DNA from: an uncultured Candidatus Saccharibacteria bacterium
GTDB lineage: Bacteria > Patescibacteriota > Minisyncoccia > UBA9983
NCBI GenBank assembly: GCA_964456855.1
Contig: CAYWCU010000002.1
Span: 792 to 64,791 of the forward strand
Direction of reading: 5' to 3'
DNA: 64,000 bases
The translations under genes were made by a program, and so were the position numbers. The notes beneath the pieces are model-generated. The model did not search any database. It was not told where the DNA came from and saw only the letters and a list, made by a program, of their open reading frames with translations. This document shows, in pieces, positions 28,956-37,763 of this stretch. Positions within the stretch are counted from its first letter, which is position 1, and every line of letters begins with the position of its first letter.

Positions 28956-29947
28956 TCACTTGTCGCCCGCCATCCTCAGGATAGCCTCTTCCAGTTTTTT
29001 CGCGTTCCCGACAGGAACGACAAGCCCGCTGTATCCGTCTTTTATTATTTCCCCCGCGATTCCGACATCCGTCATCACTACAGGACAATTCGCCACCATC
29101 GCTTCAATGACGGTCCTTCCGTATCCCTCGTAATTTGAGGTGAGTAGAAAAAGGTCGGCGGTTTTATAGAAAGAAGCCAAATCGTCCGTCCAGTTTTCAA
29201 AAACGACGTTCGCTTTCAGTTTTCGGCTTTCAGCTTTCAGCTTGTTTTTTTCCGGACCGTCCCCGACTATAATCAGCCCGGTTTCGGGATATTGCTTGAT
29301 GACGCCCTTCATCGCCTTAATCGCCATCCCGATGTTTTTCTCTTTCGTGAGCCGGCTCGCCATTAAAATAATGAAGTCAAATTGCGGATATTTTTCACGC
29401 AAGTTTGTTTTAACGGGCGCCTTTTTTATTTTTTCAACATCAACGAAAATAGGAAGAATGCTGACGGCTGACGGCTGACGTCTTTCAAAGATTCTTTGAT
29501 TCTTTGAGAAACAACACGAACTCAATCGGCGTATCTTAAGGAAAAATGGTAAACCAAAAAACGCAGAAAATTTTTCAGAGATTCTTTTCTGAACCAAGGG
29601 CCTGAAAAATCCGTGTGAATCTGCGCTTGAAATCCCGCCTTAAACTTGATTTTTAAAGCCAGCGCCAAAAGGTTCGTCATCGCGTCTTGGGAAGTTACCA
29701 GAAACCTTTCACCCTTCAAAAGTTTTTTGGCGATTTTATAGGCCCGCCCGAAATATAAAAAATTAAAACGGCTGTTTGTGGGATAAGCCCAGGTGTTGCC
29801 GGAAATTTGCTTAGGCTCAAAACCCGGCTTTGTATACACGATAATCCTCAATTCATCGGTCAGTTTGCCATATTCAACCATCCAAGACCGAACATCGGAC
29901 CCTTCTTGAAAAATATTCTTATCCAAACTGAGCATTAAAACTTTCAT
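28956..29947 (-). pseudogene. GT4 glycosyltransferase, tandem copy 2, with the same TGA and frameshift plus a degraded C-terminus
   Basis: Same lesions as copy 1. The C-terminal end diverges (EEAILRMAGDK*), with a frame-shifted remnant of the ...SAENTL.NL..KNEYLE... tail in ORF 28743-28937. Confidence 0.65.
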
Positions 29948-29965
29948 TTGTGTTATTGGTATTAT
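28991..29965. repeat. ~1 kb tandem duplication, copy 2
   Basis: See 26213-27200. Confidence 0.85.
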
Positions 29966-30084
29966 AGCAAAATTTTGCCTGAAAATACCCGTTGCACTAA
30001 ACTAGTTAAACAAAAACCGCCATATGTCTGTACACATTACAAAATCACATTGAACTTAAGCCATAAATCCTGTATAATGTTGGT

Positions 30085-30966
30085 GTGTGGAACGAACGAC
30101 AAAAATTTATTCCCATGAGTAGAAAGAAAGAAAAAACAGACCCCACAAAAGATTCCCCGAGGGAAGGGCTGGAGATGTATTTTTCTCCTGATATTTCCGC
30201 AAAATTCGCGGAGCTGGAGCAGAATGAAAAAAATTACAGAGTGTCCGCGATACTGGATAATATTATAGTCAAAGAATTAGAGAACCTTAAAGAACCGGTA
30301 TTCGCGGCTGAATTGGGCGGTGGAGCCCATCTGGACAGATATCATAATTTCTTCAATAAAATATTGAAAGAACCGGGGGGGCGCATTGATTGGGTGGACA
30401 TATCCCCTTGTATGTTGGATTTGGCGAAAAAATACCTTGCAGACAAGAAATACGCGAACAGGAAGGGAGTGATAAAATTCATAAAAAACGACATTTCAGA
30501 ATACTTGCGCGAAATGAAGGATGAAACACTTGATCTCTCCATAATGAAATACACAATTGATCACATAAAAAATCTTGAGGGGTTTTTTGAACTTTTGTCA
30601 AAAAAGTTAAAAAAAGGAGGAAAACTGATATCCACGGCGGATAACCTCAATCCGGAACTCAAGAGTTATTCAACAAACGCTCGGTTTCTTTATAATGGTA
30701 AGGAATTTCCGGACGATGAAACGAGGACGCTTAAGGACGGCGACAGCTTCACTATTAAATTTTTCAAAGTTTCCGGCGAGCCGGAATCAGGGTATTTGAA
30801 AGGGGCGGAAACGGTAAAATACTATCATTCTCCGGAAAAAATCTCCGCACTGGCAAAAAAATTCAACTTTGACATCTTTTTGGGAGATTGGAGTAAAATC
30901 TCCGATGACGATGGGCGAGTGGGGGAAAATATGGACCAAGATATATTGATATTGACAAAAAAATAG
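30085..30966 (+). CDS. SAM-dependent methyltransferase-like protein
   Basis: AAELGGGAHLDRY (motif I-like), RIDWVDISPCML, LKKGGKLIS. The start may be MSRKKEK at 30115. Confidence 0.45.
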   Translation: MWNERQKFIPMSRKKEKTDPTKDSPREGLEMYFSPDISAKFAELEQNEKNYRVSAILDNIIVKELENLKEPVFAAELGGGAHLDRYHNFFNKILKEPGGRIDWVDISPCMLDLAKKYLADKKYANRKGVIKFIKNDISEYLREMKDETLDLSIMKYTIDHIKNLEGFFELLSKKLKKGGKLISTADNLNPELKSYSTNARFLYNGKEFPDDETRTLKDGDSFTIKFFKVSGEPESGYLKGAETVKYYHSPEKISALAKKFNFDIFLGDWSKISDDDGRVGENMDQDILILTKK

Positions 30967-31067
30967 AATCCGCGTTTCGTTTTGGTCTTTATCTCACCAC
31001 GTCCGACTCCCATCTCCGCAACTCAAACCGATTTTGAATATTTTTTAAATTCGCAATTTTTTTAATT

Positions 31068-31520
31068 TCAAATCTCTCCCCTTTCTACTATTAAAATATC
31101 CAGATTATGAAAATCTTCGGCCGTTTCCTTCAGGATTTTTCTCACCTTTTCTTTGTCCAATCCGACGATGCCGGATCCCAAAAGCGGAACAGCGACAGAG
31201 TGAAGTCCTTCTTTCCCACAGAACTCAAGCGCTTTTCTCCAGGCATTTTCCAATCTTGAGTAGGAAATTATCTCGCGAGTATTCCACACTATCGTAGGAA
31301 TATGAATCACTTTTTTGGCGGGCAGATTTCCAGCCGATGTAACGGCAAATTCTCCCAAAGGACAAAAACCGATTGCCCGACTTTCCTTTTTCAACTCATC
31401 TCCCGCGGTGCGGGCGATAGCCAACGCCACTCCGCCACCATGCTCCAATTCGGCATTGGCGGCGTTCACAATCACGTCAGTGTTCATTTTTACAATATTC
31501 CCTTTTACAAACTTAACCAT
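31068..31520 (-). CDS. macro domain protein (O-acetyl-ADP-ribose deacetylase / YmdB-like)
   Basis: GNIVKMNTDVIVNAANAELEHGGGVALAI ... SVAVPLLGSGIVGL. Confidence 0.8.
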   Translation of the reverse strand: MVKFVKGNIVKMNTDVIVNAANAELEHGGGVALAIARTAGDELKKESRAIGFCPLGEFAVTSAGNLPAKKVIHIPTIVWNTREIISYSRLENAWRKALEFCGKEGLHSVAVPLLGSGIVGLDKEKVRKILKETAEDFHNLDILIVERGEI

Positions 31521-31549
31521 TTTAAAATTTGGGTACCCTTTTGGGGCTT

Positions 31550-32719
31550 TTATTCGTCCGAAGTCGGTGTTTTTATTTTTTTAAAAATCGCGACCAAATC
31601 CTCCAACATTCTTTCTTTGCCGAACTCTCCGACTTTTTGCCCGGCGTTTCGGATGATTTCATTTCTCAATTTCAGGTCGTCGCGCAATTCAAATATCGCC
31701 TTTTTCAGTTCCTCTTTATCGCCATACTCAACCAGAAACCCGTTTTCTTTATCTGTTATCATTTCCGGATTTCCTCCGATATCCGTGGTTATGACGGGAA
31801 TACCGAGAGCCATCGCTTCAAGCAATTGATGCGAAAAGCCCTCATATCCCGTGTTGAGAACAAAAACATCCCCGGCGCGAAGCAGGAGAAGCAGTTCCTC
31901 TTGGGGCAATTGACCGAGCAAAAAAACATTCTTTCGCAAACCGTAATTAGCAATGACCGTTTCCAACGCTTCCCGGTCTGGACCGGAACCGATTATAAAA
32001 AATTTCGCGGATGGAATTTCCTTTAAGATTTTCGGCATAATTCCAATGAGCGTTTTGAAACCTTTCCATGGGACAAGCCGCCCGGCGGAAATAATCAAAA
32101 AGTCATCAGCTTTCAGCTGTCGGTTGTCAGCTATTTTTTTCCGCGCGTCCTCTTTGCTTACTTCTAGTTTCGGCGCGTTGAAAGCATTATGGATAACTTT
32201 TATTTTATCCCCGTTTATTGCCCAGCTCGCGACTATTTTTTTCAAATATTCACTCGGCGTAATGATTTTCTCCGCTTGCCGAGCAACCCACCTTTCAATT
32301 TTTCTCCTCAATTCAGTGAGCCAATCAAACCTCCTTTCTTGAAACTCCTCCAAGCTGATAAAGCGGTTTCTGTTTGAAAATTCATGCGAAGATCCGCTTT
32401 GCATATATTGTTCCCAAGCGTAATCGCCAACAATCTTCAAGATAAATTTCTTCCGCAGGAGCTTCGCGGCAATCGCTGCCGGCAAACCAACGCTCACAGG
32501 ATCCTGGGCGAACACAATATCCGCTTCGCGCGCGCGATTCAAAACCTTAAAAAAATAAGAGAAATGCCGAATGATTTTCGGCAGTCGCCTTACTTTACCG
32601 AAACTCAAAATTTCAACCTCCATCCCCTTTTTCGGCAATTCGTCGAAAAGCAGTTTTGAATATGTCGCCGGTCCCCCTATGTCGGGTGGATAAATGCCGG
32701 TTGCGATTAAAATCCTCAT
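31550..32719 (-). CDS. glycosyltransferase family 4
   Basis: MRILIATGIYPPDIGGPATY... N-domain and FLIISAGRLVPWKGFKTLIG ... EGFSHQLLEAMALGIPVITTDIGG C-domain. Heptamer tract at 32105-32130. Confidence 0.85.
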   Translation of the reverse strand: MRILIATGIYPPDIGGPATYSKLLFDELPKKGMEVEILSFGKVRRLPKIIRHFSYFFKVLNRAREADIVFAQDPVSVGLPAAIAAKLLRKKFILKIVGDYAWEQYMQSGSSHEFSNRNRFISLEEFQERRFDWLTELRRKIERWVARQAEKIITPSEYLKKIVASWAINGDKIKVIHNAFNAPKLEVSKEDARKKIADNRQLKADDFLIISAGRLVPWKGFKTLIGIMPKILKEIPSAKFFIIGSGPDREALETVIANYGLRKNVFLLGQLPQEELLLLLRAGDVFVLNTGYEGFSHQLLEAMALGIPVITTDIGGNPEMITDKENGFLVEYGDKEELKKAIFELRDDLKLRNEIIRNAGQKVGEFGKERMLEDLVAIFKKIKTPTSDE

Positions 32720-32765
32720 ATATTTTGATGATAATACAATTAAAGGCTATTATCAATTGATAATT
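32612..32765. repeat. ~150 bp direct repeat, copy 1: 5' end plus promoter region of GT4 31550-32719
   Basis: ttcaacctccatcccctttttcggcaattcgtcgaaaagcagttttgaatatgtcgccggtccccctatgtcgggtggataaatgccggttgcgattaaaatcctcata... recurs at 33978-34128. Confidence 0.85.
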
Positions 32766-32976
32766 TTTACTTGACTATGGCAATAGATTGATATAGTTTT
32801 GAATCATGAAGTTTTTTCATAAAAATATTTCAATCAATTGGTGGAGCTCATTTCTTTCTGGAGAAGTGAGTTTTGCGCGCTTTTGATAATTTTTTATCTG
32901 AATTTAAGTTTGTAAAACCCGCTTCTCAAGGCGGGCGTTTTATTAAAACGCAAAGTTCTTTAAAAATAAGGAGGAA

Positions 32977-33762
32977 ATGGTTATGTCAAACGCAATTGAT
33001 TGGAGGCGCATTGAGAAAGCCCTGCTACAGCAAGCGCGCGCTATTGGCGCTGAAAAAAGCAGGGTTAAAGAAATTATTTTGCAATTATCTCAATTGGTTG
33101 AAGTCTGCGGAGAATTTTCGAGAAACAGAAGGATGCTTGTTCGGTTGGGTAGAATTTTTCTGGAGCAAAATCCGATTATATTTGCTCCGTGTTGCCCGGA
33201 CTACACCTGTGAAAAAGGACATTATGATTTTCAGGGGCTAAATGAAGGAGTTTCCTTGGCAACAAGGAAACAAATTAAATTTTTAGAAAAAATAGTGGGG
33301 ATTATTCCACAAGCAAAACCGGTTCTTCTTATCTCGGATCTGGATTCAGATAATGAATCCATTCTTAAAGCCGTGAGGAAAACCAAACAAGAATTTGGTT
33401 TTTGCGTAAAAAGCTCATTAGAAGCCACTCGCGGAGTAATTGAAAATCTTGGGTGGGAGGCAGAGCTTATGACTGTAAAATTTCCTTCTTGGCGCTTCGC
33501 GGAGAAGGAAATTATTGAATGGCTACGTCAAAGTGAGAAGTTTAAAGAGCGTTTGGTTTTAGAGAGCGTGAGGGGCTCGAGACTAACATTAAACCGCGCG
33601 GAAAGATTAAACCGCGCCGAAAGAAATGCTTCTCAATTTGTTGTTCTTGGGAGATTGGCTACCAAGAACAACGCGATTATTTGCGACACAACCACCGGGA
33701 TAATGTCCTGGTATCTGCAAACAGAGGCTGCCATCCTTTGTAATCCAATTAATATTTATTAA
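32977..33762 (+). CDS. hypothetical protein (Cys-containing CCPDYTC motif, no recognised domain)
   Basis: 261 aa ORF with a strong RBS (aaggagg) 8 nt upstream. Bracketed by the 150 bp direct repeats. Confidence 0.45.
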   Translation: MVMSNAIDWRRIEKALLQQARAIGAEKSRVKEIILQLSQLVEVCGEFSRNRRMLVRLGRIFLEQNPIIFAPCCPDYTCEKGHYDFQGLNEGVSLATRKQIKFLEKIVGIIPQAKPVLLISDLDSDNESILKAVRKTKQEFGFCVKSSLEATRGVIENLGWEAELMTVKFPSWRFAEKEIIEWLRQSEKFKERLVLESVRGSRLTLNRAERLNRAERNASQFVVLGRLATKNNAIICDTTTGIMSWYLQTEAAILCNPINIY

Positions 33763-33929
33763 AGATGAATAAAAGCTCGGAATAATAAAATATTCCGAGC
33801 TTATTTTTTATGGCAAAAACTAAAAAATATTAAACTTTTTTGATTGCTTCCATAAGCTCGGAAAACTGCTCCTGTGCAAAATGCCCTCTGTTTTCAAAAA
33901 AAGGAGAAATCTCTCAAACTAAAGTTTTC

Positions 33930-34128
33930 ATTCTGAATATTTTGCGTTTTGTTTTGATGACATGGTTGAAGCAATCACTTCAACCTCCATCCCCTTTTTC
34001 GGCAATTCGTCGAAAAGCAGTTTTGAATATGTCGCCGGTCCCCCTATGTCGGGTGGATAAATGCCGGTTGCGATTAAAATCCTCATATGTTGTAATAATA
34101 ATACAGTTAAAGGTCTTTATCAATTAGT
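33930..34128 (-). pseudogene. duplicated 5' fragment of the GT4 gene (remnant MRILIATGIYPPDIGGPATYSKLLFDELPKKGMEVEV...), direct repeat copy 2
   Basis: Reverse strand from ATG 34087 reproduces the first ~40 codons of GT4 31550-32719, then diverges and stops. Confidence 0.7.
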
Positions 34129-34145
34129 TTTATCAAAATAAAATA

Positions 34146-34373
34146 ATGGAAAAAACAAATGAATCTCCAAAGCGGGATGCCGAAGAAAATGAACCTATAG
34201 AGAACAGGCTGTCACTGACCGATAGAGAAAGATTTTTGGAGTTGAGAGAAGCATTCAAAACTATCATTAAGAATTCAAACATCAGCGAGATACTTGACGA
34301 TCCGGAAACAAATCAGTTAACCAAGGAGCTGAAAGAACTGGTTAAAAAAGCCGAAAGCAGAGGAGGAAAATAA
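34146..34373 (+). CDS. small acidic hypothetical protein
   Basis: 75 aa ORF. No homology recognised. Confidence 0.25.
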   Translation: MEKTNESPKRDAEENEPIENRLSLTDRERFLELREAFKTIIKNSNISEILDDPETNQLTKELKELVKKAESRGGK

Positions 34374-34454
34374 ATCAGCCAATCGTTCCAGAGCCCGAGG
34401 GGAAAATTTATGTTCCGAACAAAAAGAAAGGGGCGCGTGAAGACAAACGCCATT

Positions 34455-35678
34455 TTAACTTAGAATTTTGCCGAAAACTTTTTCGCGCATATCCTTGGCG
34501 ATTAAATTCCAGTCGTATTTTTCAAAGGCGAGCTTTTTCGCGTTGGCAAGCGTCCGCGCGGTTTGCTCTGGATTGTCCAGTATTTTTTTAACCGCCTCGG
34601 CGATTCCCTTCGGGTCGCGCGGATTGACGGCCCAGCCGGTCGGCTCCTTGTCCGGATTTCGTTCGGAGTCAAAAAGAAAATCAGCGATGCCCCCTTCTTG
34701 CGTTGCTATCACCGGCAAGCCTGCCGCCATCGCTTCAATGAACGAATTGCCCATTCCCTCGGAAAGGGACGGGCGGATGAATATGTCCGTGGCGGCGAGA
34801 TATTTCGGTAATTCTTTGTGGTCAACAAGTCCCAAGAAAATAACCCTGTCCGCGACACCCTCGTCTTTCGCCAACTTTTTGAGCGCTTCCAAATCCGGCC
34901 CACTTCCCAAAACGATAAACTTTATCCGCCGCGGCGGATCCGGCAAGTGTTTAAGTGATTTAATAACATCGTCAACGGCGTTCTTTTTCACCAAACGCGA
35001 GGTCGTGATTAAATATTTGTCACTCGCTTTTTTGCCCAGTTTATTTTTCAACTCACTCAATTCTTCTTCCGAATACTCCCGCGCGAAACGCTCCGTATCC
35101 ACTCCGTTCGGAACAATTTCAAGCGAACCTTTGAACCCCATATCGCGCGCCCATTTGCCGAGATAAGTTGAAATTGCCTGAATCAAATCCGCCTTAACAA
35201 ATACCATTTTAAAAAAAGGATACACCGCTCGTATTCTCCATCTTTCGGTTATATGAGAAATAGAATCCCCTTCCTGCAGAGTAAGGAGAAACGGGATGTT
35301 CCGTTTATAAAAAATTTTAAAAAATACCGCGGGAAATCCGGCGTAAGACATTATGGACCAAACAGCGTCATACTTGTTTTGCCTGTAAAGTTTAACTGCC
35401 TTAAAAAACGCGAGGAACGGATAAAACACTTTGGAGAAATACATAGGAAATTTAACAAGATCTTCCATTGAAGGGCTTTTTCGGGCAAAGCCGATTCTGC
35501 ACACATTCACATTTCCGATTTTTTCAAACTTGGGAAGGCTACTGTCAAAACGCAGAGTTACCATATCAAATTGAATATCGTCCGGACTGATTCGGTCCGT
35601 AATTTCTTTAACAGCCACTTCCGCTCCGCCGATGAAGGGATGATAAGCGATTGAGAATATAAGGATTTTCTTGGTCAT
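34455..35678 (-). CDS. glycosyltransferase family 4
   Basis: ILIFSIAYHPFIGGAEVAV ... YLITTSRLVKKNAVDDVIK ... EGMGNSFIEAMAAGLPVIAT. Confidence 0.85.
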   Translation of the reverse strand: MTKKILIFSIAYHPFIGGAEVAVKEITDRISPDDIQFDMVTLRFDSSLPKFEKIGNVNVCRIGFARKSPSMEDLVKFPMYFSKVFYPFLAFFKAVKLYRQNKYDAVWSIMSYAGFPAVFFKIFYKRNIPFLLTLQEGDSISHITERWRIRAVYPFFKMVFVKADLIQAISTYLGKWARDMGFKGSLEIVPNGVDTERFAREYSEEELSELKNKLGKKASDKYLITTSRLVKKNAVDDVIKSLKHLPDPPRRIKFIVLGSGPDLEALKKLAKDEGVADRVIFLGLVDHKELPKYLAATDIFIRPSLSEGMGNSFIEAMAAGLPVIATQEGGIADFLFDSERNPDKEPTGWAVNPRDPKGIAEAVKKILDNPEQTARTLANAKKLAFEKYDWNLIAKDMREKVFGKILS

Positions 35679-35698
35679 TTGCTATATAATACAATGAA

Positions 35699-36868
35699 AT
35701 GAAGGATGAATCAAAGAAAAAAGTTTTATATATCATCACGAAATCCGTGTGGGCGGGAGCGAGCAAGTATACTCACGACTTGGCGGTTTCATTGCCAAAG
35801 GACAAATACGCCCCGATAGTTGCCGCGGGCGGAAGAGGCGCGATGGCGGAAAAAATCATCTCAGCCGATATTCCCTATTTTGAAATCAAATCTTTTCAGC
35901 GAGATGTGAGTATGTTCAAAGACATTTTCGCTTTTTTGGAAATCCTCTCTTTGTTTTTTAAAATCAAGCCGGATGTGGTTCATGTTTCAAGCGCCAAGGC
36001 GGGCGGTATTGCCGGAGTGGCGGTTTTCGCTTACAAACTTTTCACTTCTCGTTTTTCGGTTGTCGCTTGTTTTACCGTCCACGGATGGACATTCAACGAA
36101 CCTCGTCCGCGGTGGCAAACCACGCTGATAAAGATTTTTTCCAAATTGACCTGCCTTTTTTACGGCAAGATTATTTGCGTTTCGGAACACGATTACGATG
36201 TTGCCCTGAAGAACAGAATTACTTCTGAGAAGAAAATGGTTGTCATCCGCAATGGAATAAAACCGGAAGAATATGATTTCCTGCCCAAGGAAGAAGCGCG
36301 AAAAGCCATCAGTCACCACTTGGAAGCCGAGCTTCCAAGTGGTGCTTGGGTTGGAACGATAGGAGAGTTTACGAAAAACAAAGGGCACCTGTTTTTGATT
36401 GAAGCAATCAAAAAGCTATCGGCTGTCGGCTGTCGGCTGTCGGCCGTTTTAATCGGTTTTGACGGCGGAGAAAAAAGAAATTTGGAATCGCAAATCAAAA
36501 ACGGCGGGCTAAGCGATAAAGTTTTTTTGATTGAGGGTCTGCCGGACGCCGCCAAATACCTGAAAGCGTTTGATGTTTTTGTTCTCCCCTCCCTCAAAGA
36601 GGGCTTGCCTTACGTTTTGCTTGAAGCTGGACTGGCAGGGCTTCCGATTGTCGCGTCAAATGTCGGAGGCATTCCTGAAATCGTTGAAAATGGAAAAACC
36701 GGCATTTTGACAAGCCCCGCGGACGGACTCGCGGACGCGATTAAAGAACTTATTGAAAACCCGGAGATGCGGAACAAACTCTCCGTCGCCGCGCGCGAAA
36801 AAATTCTCCAAGATTTCTCTTTTAAAAAAATGCTCGCGGAAACCGTCCGCCTGTACGGAAACGGCTGA
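35699..36868 (+). CDS. glycosyltransferase family 4
   Basis: VGTIGEFTKNKGHLFLIEAIKKL ... EGLPYVLLEAGLAGLPIVASNVGGIPEIV. Contains the (GCTGTCG)x4 heptamer tract 36415-36446 encoding LSAVGCRLSAV. Confidence 0.85.
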   Translation: MKDESKKKVLYIITKSVWAGASKYTHDLAVSLPKDKYAPIVAAGGRGAMAEKIISADIPYFEIKSFQRDVSMFKDIFAFLEILSLFFKIKPDVVHVSSAKAGGIAGVAVFAYKLFTSRFSVVACFTVHGWTFNEPRPRWQTTLIKIFSKLTCLFYGKIICVSEHDYDVALKNRITSEKKMVVIRNGIKPEEYDFLPKEEARKAISHHLEAELPSGAWVGTIGEFTKNKGHLFLIEAIKKLSAVGCRLSAVLIGFDGGEKRNLESQIKNGGLSDKVFLIEGLPDAAKYLKAFDVFVLPSLKEGLPYVLLEAGLAGLPIVASNVGGIPEIVENGKTGILTSPADGLADAIKELIENPEMRNKLSVAAREKILQDFSFKKMLAETVRLYGNG

Positions 36869-36995
36869 AAAACAGCCCTATTGTTATCTTCCACAGCATT
36901 TTATCGAGATAAAACTTTTCTTGTCTTCCGAAGAAAAAGATGTTAGGAATAAATTAAGGAGAACATTAAAATTTTATTAAAAAAGGAGGTGACAT

Positions 36996-37571
36996 TTGAA
37001 CAAGAGGAAAAAGGTTCTTATTGGTTCAGGCATTGCGAGTTTCCTTGTCTTGATGTTTTTCGGCGCCACCGGAACCTTGCAAAATTTCCTGAAAGATTTT
37101 TTTTATTTTCTTTTGGGGAATACGGAAAAAATTTCCCAAAATGCCGGCGCCTATATTTTAATCGCAATTGCTGTTCAAATCGCCGTTGATTTGGCAATAC
37201 TGAGCATGGCGAATGAATCAATATCGTCCCCGGAATACGATACTCTGTCGTACGCAAAAATAATCTGGTACTCCTCTCAGGAAGAAATCATATTCAGGTG
37301 GGCTCTGATATGGATAATAGCGTTAAACCCTCTTTCAACGGTATGGTTCTACTTTATACTGTTGGGGAGCAACCTTGTTTGGACGATATTACACATTCCA
37401 AACTTCAAAGAAGAAAAATTGGCGACGGGGGTGTTGGGGCTGACGAATATTTTTATTTTCGGTCTTCTTGCCTGGTTTTTATTCATCAAGTTCGGAATAT
37501 TGGCGGCAATCGCCGCTCATATTTTAGTCAATGTAATATACAAAAAGCTGAACAAAATGTCACGAGAATAG
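36996..37571 (+). CDS. CPBP-family intramembrane glutamic metalloprotease (CAAX protease / Abi PF02517)
   Basis: EEIIFRWAL (EExxxR), TILHIP (FxxxH-like) and AAHILVN (HxxxN) motifs within TM helices. Confidence 0.7.
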   Translation: MNKRKKVLIGSGIASFLVLMFFGATGTLQNFLKDFFYFLLGNTEKISQNAGAYILIAIAVQIAVDLAILSMANESISSPEYDTLSYAKIIWYSSQEEIIFRWALIWIIALNPLSTVWFYFILLGSNLVWTILHIPNFKEEKLATGVLGLTNIFIFGLLAWFLFIKFGILAAIAAHILVNVIYKKLNKMSRE

Positions 37572-37674
37572 AAGGGATGAAATTTTCCGCTTTGAGGCTT
37601 TCGTTTTTCGTCAATTTTCATATTGGTGATGATGTTTAATGGGTATATAACTTTAACAGGAGAATTCAACAAAT

Positions 37675-37700
37675 AAAGCGCGGCAAAGCCGCGCTTTTAA
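37675..37700 (+). terminator. rho-independent terminator
   Basis: agcgcggc-aaa-gccgcgct followed by tttaaaatt. Confidence 0.5.
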
Positions 37701-37763
37701 AATTGGCGCGTATTGGCGGCAAGAAACTGGAAATTCGGCTTGTTTTAAGGTAGTATTCAATGA

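Noticed and set aside
34468-35166. 232-aa plus-strand ORF and other antisense ORFs (34563-34811, 34709-34903) within GT4 34455-35678
   Set aside because: Opposite strand of a strongly supported glycosyltransferase. Ser/Ala/Arg-rich shadow translation.
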